A stretch of DNA of 64,000 nt. Origin: a virus (lineage: Duplodnaviria; Caudoviricetes). Both the position numbers and the translations under genes were made by a program. Below are positions 39,465 to 49,030 of this stretch, one piece after another. The notes below the pieces were generated by a model. The model searched no databases. It worked only from the letters and a program-made list of their open reading frames with translations, and had not been told where the DNA came from. The stretch spans positions 32,001-96,000 of IMG/VR virus record IMGVR_UViG_3300031992_000038; one strand, given 5' to 3'. Within the stretch, counting starts at the first letter, position 1. The number at the start of each line of letters is the position of its first letter.

Positions 39465-39504
39465 AAGGGCGGCGCACGGACAATAGAATCCGGCACCGCC
39501 CTTA
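39465..39504. terminator. terminator between convergent genes
   Basis: AAGGGCGG...CCGCCCTT. Confidence 0.6.
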
Positions 39505-39525
39505 CTTAATGCACGGTAAGAAAAA

Positions 39526-40188
39526 TCAAAGACCCGGAGTGTCGTCCCAGCTGCCGCCGCGCCCGCGGAGACGACGGCGCTCCAAACTGCGGATGCCGTC
39601 CTTGACAGCGTCAGACACCGCCTTGCCGGCTGTTTTCAGTCCCTTGCCGGCCGCCTTCAGACCCTTTCGCCCGTAATGATATCCGATACCCGCGCCAAGA
39701 CCGGCGGCACGGCCTACCTTGCCGCGCCAAGACGTGTCCACCGGGCGGCCGTCGTTGCCGAGCGACGACATGCCGTTTCCGTCCTCGTCGTACACTGCGG
39801 AATAACTTCCTGAACCGCTCTCAAGCCTGTCCGGCCTGTCAGTGCCCGTCCTCACATAGTTCGCCATGTCTTTCAACGAAGCGTCCATGTCAATGTCGTC
39901 GTTGTTCGAACTGCGCACAATGTCGCGGAACTTGTTCCATCCCTGACCCTCGGACAACGCCTCGTTCACCGCACGGGAAACCACACCGCGCAGCGCTGAC
40001 TCGTCTTTCCTCTTGTCACCGCGCCTCGGCAGACGCTTGCGCACCTCACCGGCAGCACGGCGGAAACTCTCCCTGTCAGGACGCATATCCTCGGGATACT
40101 CCATGTCCGCCTCAGACAGACACCCGCGCACAGCGCGCTCGACCATAGAACGGAGATCCGACTCCGTCAACCTGTATACTCTCGCCAT
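39526..40188 (-). CDS. putative internal head protein
   Basis: RLTESDLRSMVERAVRGCLSE and a second ESALRGVVSRAVNEALSE. Confidence 0.65.
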   Translation of the reverse strand: MARVYRLTESDLRSMVERAVRGCLSEADMEYPEDMRPDRESFRRAAGEVRKRLPRRGDKRKDESALRGVVSRAVNEALSEGQGWNKFRDIVRSSNNDDIDMDASLKDMANYVRTGTDRPDRLESGSGSYSAVYDEDGNGMSSLGNDGRPVDTSWRGKVGRAAGLGAGIGYHYGRKGLKAAGKGLKTAGKAVSDAVKDGIRSLERRRLRGRGGSWDDTPGL

Positions 40189-40363
40189 TGTAACACAAAA
40201 TTTGCCAAAAAATTATGCACACGTACAGACACAAACCGCACGCCGCAACAAATAAATAGCAACAAACGAACATGACAAAACAAATGGCGCCGCAAGACAT
40301 CGCGGCACCAAAGAAAGACAATATATGTGTGTGGAACATTTGGTTTTTTATCCTCCATTACTC

Positions 40364-41746
40364 TCAGCCGGCCGTCTCTTCAGGCGGCTCGTCCGGAATG
40401 GGTGTGTCGCCCGGATCTGACGGAACGGACGGTTCAACAGCGACGGGGAACGACAGAGACCAATTGCCATCCCGGAACCGTATGTAGACACAGTTGGACT
40501 CACGCTCCGCATCATACGCCTCCGTGTCGCACAGAACGTTGTTGACATACAGATACGTGCACAAGGTGCTGAACGGGACGTCGTCAAACTCAGTGCCGCT
40601 CAAATCATAGTACACGGCTATCTCAGCGTCAGAACGCACCGGCTCATTGAGATACAGACGGATGACGGCCGACGACATGGAATAGTCGAGCGAATCCCCC
40701 TCATTCTTAGGTATCACAGTACCCGGACCCGCAGACTCACCACCGCGGACTTCCACATCATCCGCCTTCCTTGAAGCGACCACCACGGACGGCGACTGCT
40801 GCACAACAGGAAGGTTGTACAAGTCAAAGGCGCTGCCGCTAAACGGACATACATAAGCCGTGGAACACTCTTCATCCACGCCGAAATCATCACACCACAT
40901 CATCGGACCGTTCCGGTTCGACCCGTACAGGTCGGACAAATACCATTCACCGTGCACGAAAGTGCCTGACAACTGCCACTGACGGATGAACATGTCAGGG
41001 ATGACAGAACGGACACGGGCAGGAAGACGCTTCGGAGGAAGAGGAGCTTCGCTCTCGGACGGACAATACTCGAACAACGGACGGTAAAGCAAAGGGCGAG
41101 AAGTGCCGTCAGAAGTGCCCGGATTGATCAGATGATAGACACCGCCCTTACGGACCAACAAGAGACGGAGGCCGTTCTCGTTGAACAAGTAGTGACCGGG
41201 CACATTGATGCTCACAAACGGGCCGGAAATGACATAAGACGAACCCGGACCGTCATCCGTGATGTAACTGTTCAAGTCGGCAAGCTGCGTGCCCTCGTTA
41301 AGCGCAACCACAAAGTCGACATCGGAAACCAAAACGTCATCAAAAGACAGAATACCGTCGCCAAAAACACCAAACTGATGCACCTCCTCACGAATGTCAG
41401 GAACCGACTCGTCGAGCGTCGCGCCATCGTCGAACATCCTCACAGTGCCGCGCACAGGGTCGCAATTCATCATACGGTCAAGACCGCCCGGCATGTAATA
41501 CGGCCCAACAGTGTAAAAGGAAGCATCCTCATAAAAATCGAAGAAGAACCACATGTCACTGCCGTAAAGCGACATGTCAGACAATATGGACATATCCAAC
41601 GGATAAGACACATTGTAACTCACAGAACCGTCAGAACCGTCTACAACACCGACCCAAGGCTCGTAATAGTCAGGACCGCCGGCCACATACGCAGCGTCAT
41701 GCGCCGACTTAGTGGAAAACTCGCGCAAATGCTCAATATAAGACAT
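40364..41746 (-). CDS. anchor-domain fibre-like protein
   Basis: HLREFSTKSAHDAAY...YYEPWVG...VSYN. Confidence 0.7.
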   Translation of the reverse strand: MSYIEHLREFSTKSAHDAAYVAGGPDYYEPWVGVVDGSDGSVSYNVSYPLDMSILSDMSLYGSDMWFFFDFYEDASFYTVGPYYMPGGLDRMMNCDPVRGTVRMFDDGATLDESVPDIREEVHQFGVFGDGILSFDDVLVSDVDFVVALNEGTQLADLNSYITDDGPGSSYVISGPFVSINVPGHYLFNENGLRLLLVRKGGVYHLINPGTSDGTSRPLLYRPLFEYCPSESEAPLPPKRLPARVRSVIPDMFIRQWQLSGTFVHGEWYLSDLYGSNRNGPMMWCDDFGVDEECSTAYVCPFSGSAFDLYNLPVVQQSPSVVVASRKADDVEVRGGESAGPGTVIPKNEGDSLDYSMSSAVIRLYLNEPVRSDAEIAVYYDLSGTEFDDVPFSTLCTYLYVNNVLCDTEAYDAERESNCVYIRFRDGNWSLSFPVAVEPSVPSDPGDTPIPDEPPEETAG

Positions 41747-41929
41747 AAATGAATTTCACAATATCACACGTTATTCCTTTACCGCGCACGGTCAACAAGA
41801 TGACCGCACACAACTAAAATTAAATATCACACAATACGCCGTAAATGTTGCGATTAGCACAAATTACAAACAATAAAACCCATTTTGGTAAAACGTGTTA
41901 CCGAAATGGATAGGCATACCCTGGAATCG

Positions 41930-42260
41930 CATTTTTTCCGGAAAAAAATTTTTTCAGAAGGCACATTGCGCAGAAAAAACAGACCGAAAAGGAAAACGGA
42001 GCGAAAACACCGGATGGGATACCGGACACGGGGATTTTTCCGGAAAATTTTTTTAGGCGGGCGAACGGACACGGGGATGGAGCGCGAGGGGGAAGAGCGG
42101 GGGAGGTAAACGGGGGATGGGAAGATGGGGAGGTAAAAATTTTTTCTGCGGGTCAGATGGCGAACCGTGCCCCCTACCCCGCCGACTGTTAAACTTTGTT
42201 AACGGAGTGGGGGGTTACGTAGGGGGGTCTACGGGGGGAGGGGTACATACCCACCCCCTA
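41930..42260. other. G-rich, palindrome-rich non-coding junction (candidate origin or genome end)
   Basis: TTTTTTCCGGAAAAAA, TTTTCCGGAAAA, multiple G4-5 runs, CCCCTAC...GTAGGGG. Confidence 0.45.
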
Positions 42261-42587
42261 TGCCCCCACCCCTATTTTCACATCATCAGGGTTGCCGTCG
42301 CAGTCGCACCATAGGTGGCAAAACTCGTGCCCCTTAATGGGTTCGTAATAGATCATTTCACCAAGTTCAAGGTAACTGTCCTCAAACACGTCAACGAGGA
42401 TAAACCCACCGACACTGAGCGGCACACGAAAGGTGTAAATCATTGTCACCCCTTGCAGTACACCGTTAATTTCATTGGGTTGGCGGTCAACGAGGGTCAC
42501 CTCGTACGTATTAAGTAGACTCTCAAGGGTTTGACCTTTGAGACTGTTGTAAGCGTCCTTAATTGCTTTTTTGAAGATGTTGTCCAT
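42258..42587 (-). CDS. cassette gene, hypothetical
   Basis: Downstream of inverted repeat element 42638-42830. Confidence 0.65.
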   Translation of the reverse strand: MDNIFKKAIKDAYNSLKGQTLESLLNTYEVTLVDRQPNEINGVLQGVTMIYTFRVPLSVGGFILVDVFEDSYLELGEMIYYEPIKGHEFCHLWCDCDGNPDDVKIGVGA

Positions 42588-42855
42588 AATCCTTATTTTA
42601 TATTGTTCAACTTCTGTTCCTTAATCACAACACTTAAAGGTAAGCATTTTATTTGAATTGACCAAATATAAAGTGTTAAAAATATGTTAAAAGTGTAAGT
42701 GTTAAAAATGTTAATTAACTTGCGTATGTGCGGAAAAAAACTTACCTTTCAGTGCCGATAGGGGGAGAGGCTTACCCTTGCGTGTGGGCAAAAAAAGTGG
42801 GCGCAACCATATCGGTGTGCGCCCTCTCTATCGGTGTGCGGTGCGGCGGTGCTTC

Positions 42856-43287
42856 TCAGTCTTCATTTTCCGCCTCTTCGTACTCCATATCGGCGACTAT
42901 GCTCTGAATTTCGTATTTGATACCGAATGTGCCGAATGCAGTGTAGTACCAATCTAAGCACCATTCTTGGAACTTTGCGAGGTCTTCCTCGCTTATTGTG
43001 GCATTGTCAATGCTCTCTATCACGTCATCGAACTTGCCAAAGGGCTCGACCTCGCTTCTTACAAAGTCCTTAATGTAGTCCCAATCCTCTCGGATATTCG
43101 CAAAATTGCCAATCATTCTTGTATTCTTGAGGTGGACGTACTTTCTCATATCGTCAACGATTGACTCCGCCCTAAAGTAGGCAAAATCCTCTGCAATGCT
43201 CTCCCACTGCTGATAGTCATCGGCAAGTGCGTCTTTGCACACATTGAGTACGCTCTCATAGACGTTGTCCTTATTCAAAAATTCCAT
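42856..43287 (-). CDS. cassette gene, acidic hypothetical
   Basis: 143-aa ORF behind element. Confidence 0.7.
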   Translation of the reverse strand: MEFLNKDNVYESVLNVCKDALADDYQQWESIAEDFAYFRAESIVDDMRKYVHLKNTRMIGNFANIREDWDYIKDFVRSEVEPFGKFDDVIESIDNATISEEDLAKFQEWCLDWYYTAFGTFGIKYEIQSIVADMEYEEAENED

Positions 43288-43569
43288 ATCCTTTTATTTA
43301 AGGGGTTAAACTTGTTGGGAGTGTCAATTCCCTTAACTTGACAACTGAAAGGTAAGTATAATATTTGGATTACGCAAGGACTTTAACACAATTAACACAT
43401 TGATTGATGAAATGTTAAAAACGTTAAAACACTTGTGTATGTGCTGAAAAATGCTTACCTTCAAGTGTCGCAAGACGGGGAGGCTTACCCTCCCGATAGT
43501 CGTTTGTGGGCGACAAAGACCACACCCACCCATAGGGGCGAGCGTGGTGCGGTGCGTTGTTCGGTGGTG

Positions 43570-43845
43570 TTATTTTACATCCACCTTGATATATTTGAAC
43601 TTGAACCCCTTTGGCAGTGTTGTCGTTCCCTCGGGGAGACGTCCGCCCATCAGTTGCGCAATGTAGGCGGTGTCACCCTTCTTTAGGTGCACCTCAATTC
43701 GGTTGCAGTCCACTCCGAGGACAGCGGCGGTGTCTTTGTGTCCGACCGCTGAGACAAGTCCGCTTGGAAGTTTGTCAACCTCGGTGAAAGTCACTTGTGC
43801 GGGGGTGTCAATCATTTGGAGCGAGAAAGCATTCAGAAGATACAT
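43570..43845 (-). CDS. acrIII-1: DUF1874 / AcrIII-1 family cA4 ring nuclease (anti-CRISPR)
   Basis: YLLNAFSLQM, SAVGHKDTA, NRIEVHLKKGD, RLPEG match the STIV B116/DUF1874 signature, including the catalytic GH. Confidence 0.85.
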   Translation of the reverse strand: MYLLNAFSLQMIDTPAQVTFTEVDKLPSGLVSAVGHKDTAAVLGVDCNRIEVHLKKGDTAYIAQLMGGRLPEGTTTLPKGFKFKYIKVDVK

Positions 43846-44112
43846 AATATACAATTTATAGATTAAACTTTTTGGGGTTGTCAATCCCTTAACTTGACAA
43901 ACGGAAGGTAAGTATAAAATCTGAATTGCACAAGCAAATTAACGTTTTTAACAGTTCTGTAGCAAGTATGTTAAAAGTGTTAAAGTTCTTGCAAGGTTTG
44001 GAAAAAATGCTTACCTTCAAGTGCCACCGCACGGGGAGGCTTACCTTTTCGTGTGGGCAAAAAAAGTGGGCGCAAACCCCTATCGGTGTGCGCCCCTATC
44101 GGTGGTCTATTG

Positions 44113-44349
44113 TTATCGGATGCGCATCACGTGCACACCATTGTAGTCAAAATCGGTGATTGTTTGACCTACTTGCAGAGCGTTGATACGCTTGAAATCG
44201 TCTTGGTCAAGACCCATGCGGTCTGCTTCCTCTTCTGTTGAGAATGATTGTACTACTGCTTCCTCGGTGCACGCCCAATCCAATCCGCCCTCGACTATTG
44301 CGAGGAATGTTTTTTGACCTTGCTTTGTCTTAATTCTCAGTTCTTCCAT
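44113..44349 (-). CDS. cassette gene, hypothetical
   Basis: 78-aa ORF behind promoter at ~44378-44410. Confidence 0.65.
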   Translation of the reverse strand: MEELRIKTKQGQKTFLAIVEGGLDWACTEEAVVQSFSTEEEADRMGLDQDDFKRINALQVGQTITDFDYNGVHVMRIR

Positions 44350-45048
44350 AATACATTATCTTTAATTGTTACACCCGTAAGGTAAGCAAAATAATCGGAA
44401 CTGACAAATTTTTCGGCAATTATTTTTACCACATTAAGATTTTTTAATAATTGTGTTAAAGTATTGTTAAAAGTGTGTATGGGTATTGCACAATCCAAAA
44501 AATTTACTTACCTTTCGGTACAATCATTAAGATAAGGTTTGTGAATTTTTGTGTGTATTATAGTAATACCGCACTTGTCCGAGAGGGATAGGTGCGGTAG
44601 TTTTTTGTTTCGGTGCGGTCTGCTGCGATGGGTAAGCCTTCCCGTCTTGCGACACTGAAAGGTAAGGAAAATTCCCCATATACGCAAGAGTTTTAACGTT
44701 TTTAACACTTCATCGTTTAATGTGTTAATTGTGTTAAAGTGCTTGCACAATCCAAATATTATGCTTACCTTTCGATACAATCGTTAAGATAAGGTTTGTG
44801 AACTTATATGTGTTCTTTCCGCACACGTCCGCGATGGATAGGTGCGGTTCTTTTTTTGTCTTGGTGCGGTTTGCGATGGGTAAGCCTCCCCGTCTTGCGA
44901 CACTTGAAGGTAAGGAAAATTCCCCATATACACAAGGCTTTTAACACTTTTAACATTTGCACTTTAACAATGTTAAAGATGTTAATTTGCTTGCATAATC
45001 CAAATAAAAGACTTACCTTTCGGTTGTAATCATTAAAGGAAAAAAGAT

Positions 45049-45309
45049 ATGAAAAAGAACATTTATCTTGTAGTGCATTCGTCATACCTTGACAGTCTCT
45101 ACACCGAGGTGACAATCCACACTGACTATGAGAAGGCAGTTCGCGCATTCGAGACCGACATCGAGGACATCAAAGAGTCTACCGATGGAGAAGAAGAGGA
45201 TGAGTACTATCGCCTTTGTGAATATCCCGATGGGCGGAAGAAGTTCAATTTTTTCGACCCATTCAGCAACCACGAATATCGGGTTTCGCTTGAAATCCGT
45301 GAATTGTGA
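45049..45309 (+). CDS. cassette gene, acidic hypothetical
   Basis: Behind element 44879. Confidence 0.7.
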   Translation: MKKNIYLVVHSSYLDSLYTEVTIHTDYEKAVRAFETDIEDIKESTDGEEEDEYYRLCEYPDGRKKFNFFDPFSNHEYRVSLEIREL

Positions 45310-45360
45310 GAACGGAGGCGGGTGTCTTGCGGCATCCGCCCATTTATCATTAAGATTGAT

Positions 45361-45636
45361 ATGAAAGAGAAGTTTAATGCTGAAGAATATTACAACAATG
45401 AAATGTGCTTTTATAATGGGGGAGCATTTGTCAGCCTCGAGGAAGTACAACAAATCATTGACTATTGTATCAGTATCGGATACAATAAGGTATCTTCAGA
45501 CCAAGAATATTACCAAGTAAAACTGATGGGTAGCAATAAGGACGATATATTATATTTCCAAACAAAGCACGACCCATGGAATGATGATTGTCTGTCGTGG
45601 CATTGGGATTATGGCAGCAGAAGATGGAGCGAATAA
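45361..45636 (+). CDS. cassette gene, hypothetical
   Basis: ORF. Confidence 0.6.
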   Translation: MKEKFNAEEYYNNEMCFYNGGAFVSLEEVQQIIDYCISIGYNKVSSDQEYYQVKLMGSNKDDILYFQTKHDPWNDDCLSWHWDYGSRRWSE

Positions 45637-45967
45637 TGCGTCTTTATTGGGAACATACTACCGCACCCAACCGAGAGGTATATCCCGGTAGGGTGTGGCA
45701 GTACTCAAATGGGTACAATGGTGGGTGTCTTGTGGCATCCGCTTTTTTTTTTTGCGACCTTTCGCAAGGATAAGCCTCCCCTTGCTGCGCAATGGAAGGT
45801 AAGTGTTTTTTCTGACGTGTGCAAGGCTTTTAACGTTTTTAACACTTCATTCGCAAATATGTTAAAAGTGTTAATTTGCTTGCGTGTTTCAAATATTATG
45901 CTTACCTTTCGTTTGTCAAGTTAAGGGAATGACAACCCAAGAGTTTAACCATTTAAATAATAAGGAT

Positions 45968-46708
45968 ATGATTATTTCGGATACAAAGAACATTGCCAAC
46001 AAAGTGAAGGAACTCAAGCGTGATTGCCGTCCAAGTTACGGTCTTCGTTTCACCATCGTGGGCGAAGAGACCTTCAATGAGTTCGCCAAGCACTTTGGCA
46101 ACGTGAAAGAACCATACGTACATTATTCGATGCCCAAGGCCGTTGCTATGGCTGAGAAGTCCAAGGCGACCGAGGCAAAGATGGTTACCGCCTACCGCAT
46201 GGAGATGTACAAAGGCACAGATGGGGAGTGCAGTGCGGACGGCACAAAGTTTATGGCAATAGCATATAAGGGCGAGTATTATCAGATTATCCCTAACGGC
46301 AACGCAAGCAGCAGCCGTTTCAGCATCTTCCCCCTTGAAGACAACCGCGAGTATTATCAGAAGGGAGTAGACCGCAACGAGGGGCATCCCAACCTTATCG
46401 GTGCGCTCACCGACAAAAAGATGTCCGAGTGGGCGGAACACATCCGCAAGTATCAAGCGGAGTACGATGCGAAGGTAGAGAAGAATGCAGCAGAGACCAA
46501 CGCAGTAATATCTGCATTCAAGAGCGAGGCTGCCGCCGCCGATTGTGTTTCTGAGTTCGGCAAGAATTGTGGGACGATTGAGCGCAATGGCGTGCGCATC
46601 AAATACCAAGTGAGAGAGGACGGCCGTGTTTCGGTGGAAATGTGCTTGACCAAGTTCCCACGCACGACTGAAGAGAAATTGGCATACTTTGCCGCTCTGA
46701 CGAGATAA
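45968..46708 (+). CDS. cassette gene, paralog of 59345..60085
   Basis: PNLIGALTDKKMSEW vs PNNVGSMTAKKMTAW. Confidence 0.75.
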   Translation: MIISDTKNIANKVKELKRDCRPSYGLRFTIVGEETFNEFAKHFGNVKEPYVHYSMPKAVAMAEKSKATEAKMVTAYRMEMYKGTDGECSADGTKFMAIAYKGEYYQIIPNGNASSSRFSIFPLEDNREYYQKGVDRNEGHPNLIGALTDKKMSEWAEHIRKYQAEYDAKVEKNAAETNAVISAFKSEAAAADCVSEFGKNCGTIERNGVRIKYQVREDGRVSVEMCLTKFPRTTEEKLAYFAALTR

Positions 46709-47060
46709 ATCCTACCATATCCTTATATTCGGTGGACATCGCTTGTTCGGTGTCCGCCTATTTTGCGTTAGTTCGCTTTTGGAACAATTTTTAGAATTTT
46801 CCCTATGGGGATTTTTCTGAATGCCGCCAAATCAGTTCCGTTTTGGAACAATTTTAGCGAGGGTAAGCCTTCCCGTCTTGCGACATTTGAAGGTAAGCAT
46901 TTCCGGTGACATACGCAAGAGTTTTAACGTTTTTAACATTTCATCGTTTAACATGTTAATTGTGTTAAAGTCCTTGCACATTCCAAACATTATGCTTACC
47001 TTTCAGATGTCAAGTTAAGGGGGTGACCCCGCAAGTTAAACCATCTAATTTTATACGGAT

Positions 47061-47420
47061 ATGAGCGAGAAGATTGATGTAAGAACGAACAAGTGTGGAG
47101 AGAACACCACGCACATCTCTTTCAGTGTGGACTACAACAAAGGCGGCAGCAACGTATTTAGCGGTCGCAACGAGAGCAAAGGGGTTTTTGTGTACGTCAC
47201 CCTGTGCGAAATCGTTGACAAAGGCGACTATGTTTCACGTGCCTTTGAACCCTTCGACAAGCGCAATTTCAAGTTTTGCGTTATGCCGCTCGCACGCAAC
47301 TCGCAGAAGAAGGTTGACGCAGTTCGTGACGTTGTTCGTGCCAATGCGGAGAAGATTGCCGCACTTGTTGAGGAAGGCGACAAGCAACGTGTTATCGACT
47401 TTGTCAAGGGTCTAATTTGA
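47061..47420 (+). CDS. cassette gene, hypothetical
   Basis: YNKGGSNVFSG...KGVFV. Confidence 0.7.
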   Translation: MSEKIDVRTNKCGENTTHISFSVDYNKGGSNVFSGRNESKGVFVYVTLCEIVDKGDYVSRAFEPFDKRNFKFCVMPLARNSQKKVDAVRDVVRANAEKIAALVEEGDKQRVIDFVKGLI

Positions 47421-47693
47421 ACCACCAACCAACACCAACCGATAGGGGCGCACACCGATAGGGTTGCGCCCATTTCTTTTGCCCTTGCGCGAGGGTAAGC
47501 CTCCCCGTCTTGCGACACTTGAAGGTAAGTAAATTTTCCCATATACACAAGTCTTTTAACGTTTTTAACATTTGCACTTTAACAATGTTAAAGATGTTAA
47601 TTTACTTGTGTGTCTCAAATATTATGCTTACCTTTCAATCGTCAAGTTAAGGGGAGTGACACCCCACCGAGTTTAACCTATAATAGCAATGAT

Positions 47694-48083
47694 ATGAAGA
47701 TTTTTCATTTGGTTTTGCCCACCACGGGCGAGTTTACGAAGGGCAATGTTGACACAGTGACCGCAACCGAATTGGTTGACAAGTACGACCGATGGCTTGG
47801 GGACAAGGTTAGTGATGTGCTTGCTCTTGGGATTGGGCAAAGTCTCACTTATGATGGTGTGATTATCATCTGCGTGAGTGACAAAGTTGAAACCCACAAG
47901 AAGACCTACCGCTTTGATGTGACCTATACTGCAGGGGTTGTCGTTGAGGTAGAGGCGTGCAACATCAAGGAGGCGAAAGAACTCGCCAAAAAGAAAGCGG
48001 AGCGTAATTTGACACTGACACACGAAAACGAGACCACAACAGATGTGTGGGTCGTTGATGTGACTGAGAGAGAGTTTGATTAA
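47694..48083 (+). CDS. cassette gene, two-module protein
   Basis: N-terminal ~65 aa nearly identical to 48349. Confidence 0.7.
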   Translation: MKIFHLVLPTTGEFTKGNVDTVTATELVDKYDRWLGDKVSDVLALGIGQSLTYDGVIIICVSDKVETHKKTYRFDVTYTAGVVVEVEACNIKEAKELAKKKAERNLTLTHENETTTDVWVVDVTEREFD

Positions 48084-48348
48084 CCGCACACCCATAGACA
48101 GGGCGAGTGCCACACACGGCACCGCCCATTTCTTTTGCCCTTGCGTTGGGTAAGCCTCCCCGTCTTGCGACACTGAAAGGTAAGGAAAATTTCCCACATA
48201 CGCAAGAGTTTTAACGTTTTTAACATTTGTGCTTTAACAACGTTAAAGATGTTAATTTGCTTGTGTAATTCAAATAAATTACCTACCTTCCAATCGTCAA
48301 GTTAAGGGAATGACAAACCCACCGAGTTTAACCTATAATAGCAATAAG

Positions 48349-48798
48349 ATGAAAACATTTCATTTGGTTCTCCCGACCACGGGCAATTTTACGAAGGGCA
48401 ACATTGACACAGTGACCGAGAGCGAATTGGTTGATAAGTACGATCGATGGCTTGGGGACAAGGTTAGTGATGTGCTTGCCCTTGGGATTGGGCAAAGTCT
48501 AATCTACGATAGTGTGATTATCATCTGCGTGAGCGGAAAAGTCGGTTATAAATGGTCGTGCAAGTGCTCTGATGGTGGTTACACGGATGAGAGCGATAAG
48601 GTCTACAAGACCGAGACAGAGGCATACAACGCAATGCGCGATGCCGCACTGACCAAAATGAAGTGGAACACCGAGCGAGACGAGGAGGTGAGTGAGTTCG
48701 GTTGTGTGACCTATGAGGTCATCTTCAGACCGAACGAAATCATTCACAAGTCCTTCAGCGGCACATACACGTACCGCGTTGAACCTTCGACCTATTGA
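48349..48798 (+). CDS. cassette gene, two-module protein
   Basis: Same N-module as 47694, unrelated C-module. Confidence 0.7.
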   Translation: MKTFHLVLPTTGNFTKGNIDTVTESELVDKYDRWLGDKVSDVLALGIGQSLIYDSVIIICVSGKVGYKWSCKCSDGGYTDESDKVYKTETEAYNAMRDAALTKMKWNTERDEEVSEFGCVTYEVIFRPNEIIHKSFSGTYTYRVEPSTY

Positions 48799-49030
48799 CT
48801 TTCGTCAACACCGCAAGGTGGGCGAGTACCACACACGGCACCGCCCATTTCTTTTGCCCTTGCGCGAGGATAAGCTCCCCCTTGCTGCGCAATGGAAGGT
48901 AAGCATTTTTCTTGACGTGTGCAAGCCTTTTAACGTTTTTAACACTTCTGTAGCAAGTATGTTAAAAGTGTTAATTTGTTTGCGTGTCTCAGTTTTTTTG
49001 CCTACCTTCTGAATATAATCTTCAAGGTAT

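Noticed and set aside
19598-41752. Long antisense ORFs overlapping terminase, portal, MTases and other genes
   Set aside because: Shadow frames of GC3-rich real genes.
46770-46858. Direct repeat TTTTGGAACAATTTT (two copies)
   Set aside because: Occurs only at this locus; no function can be supported.
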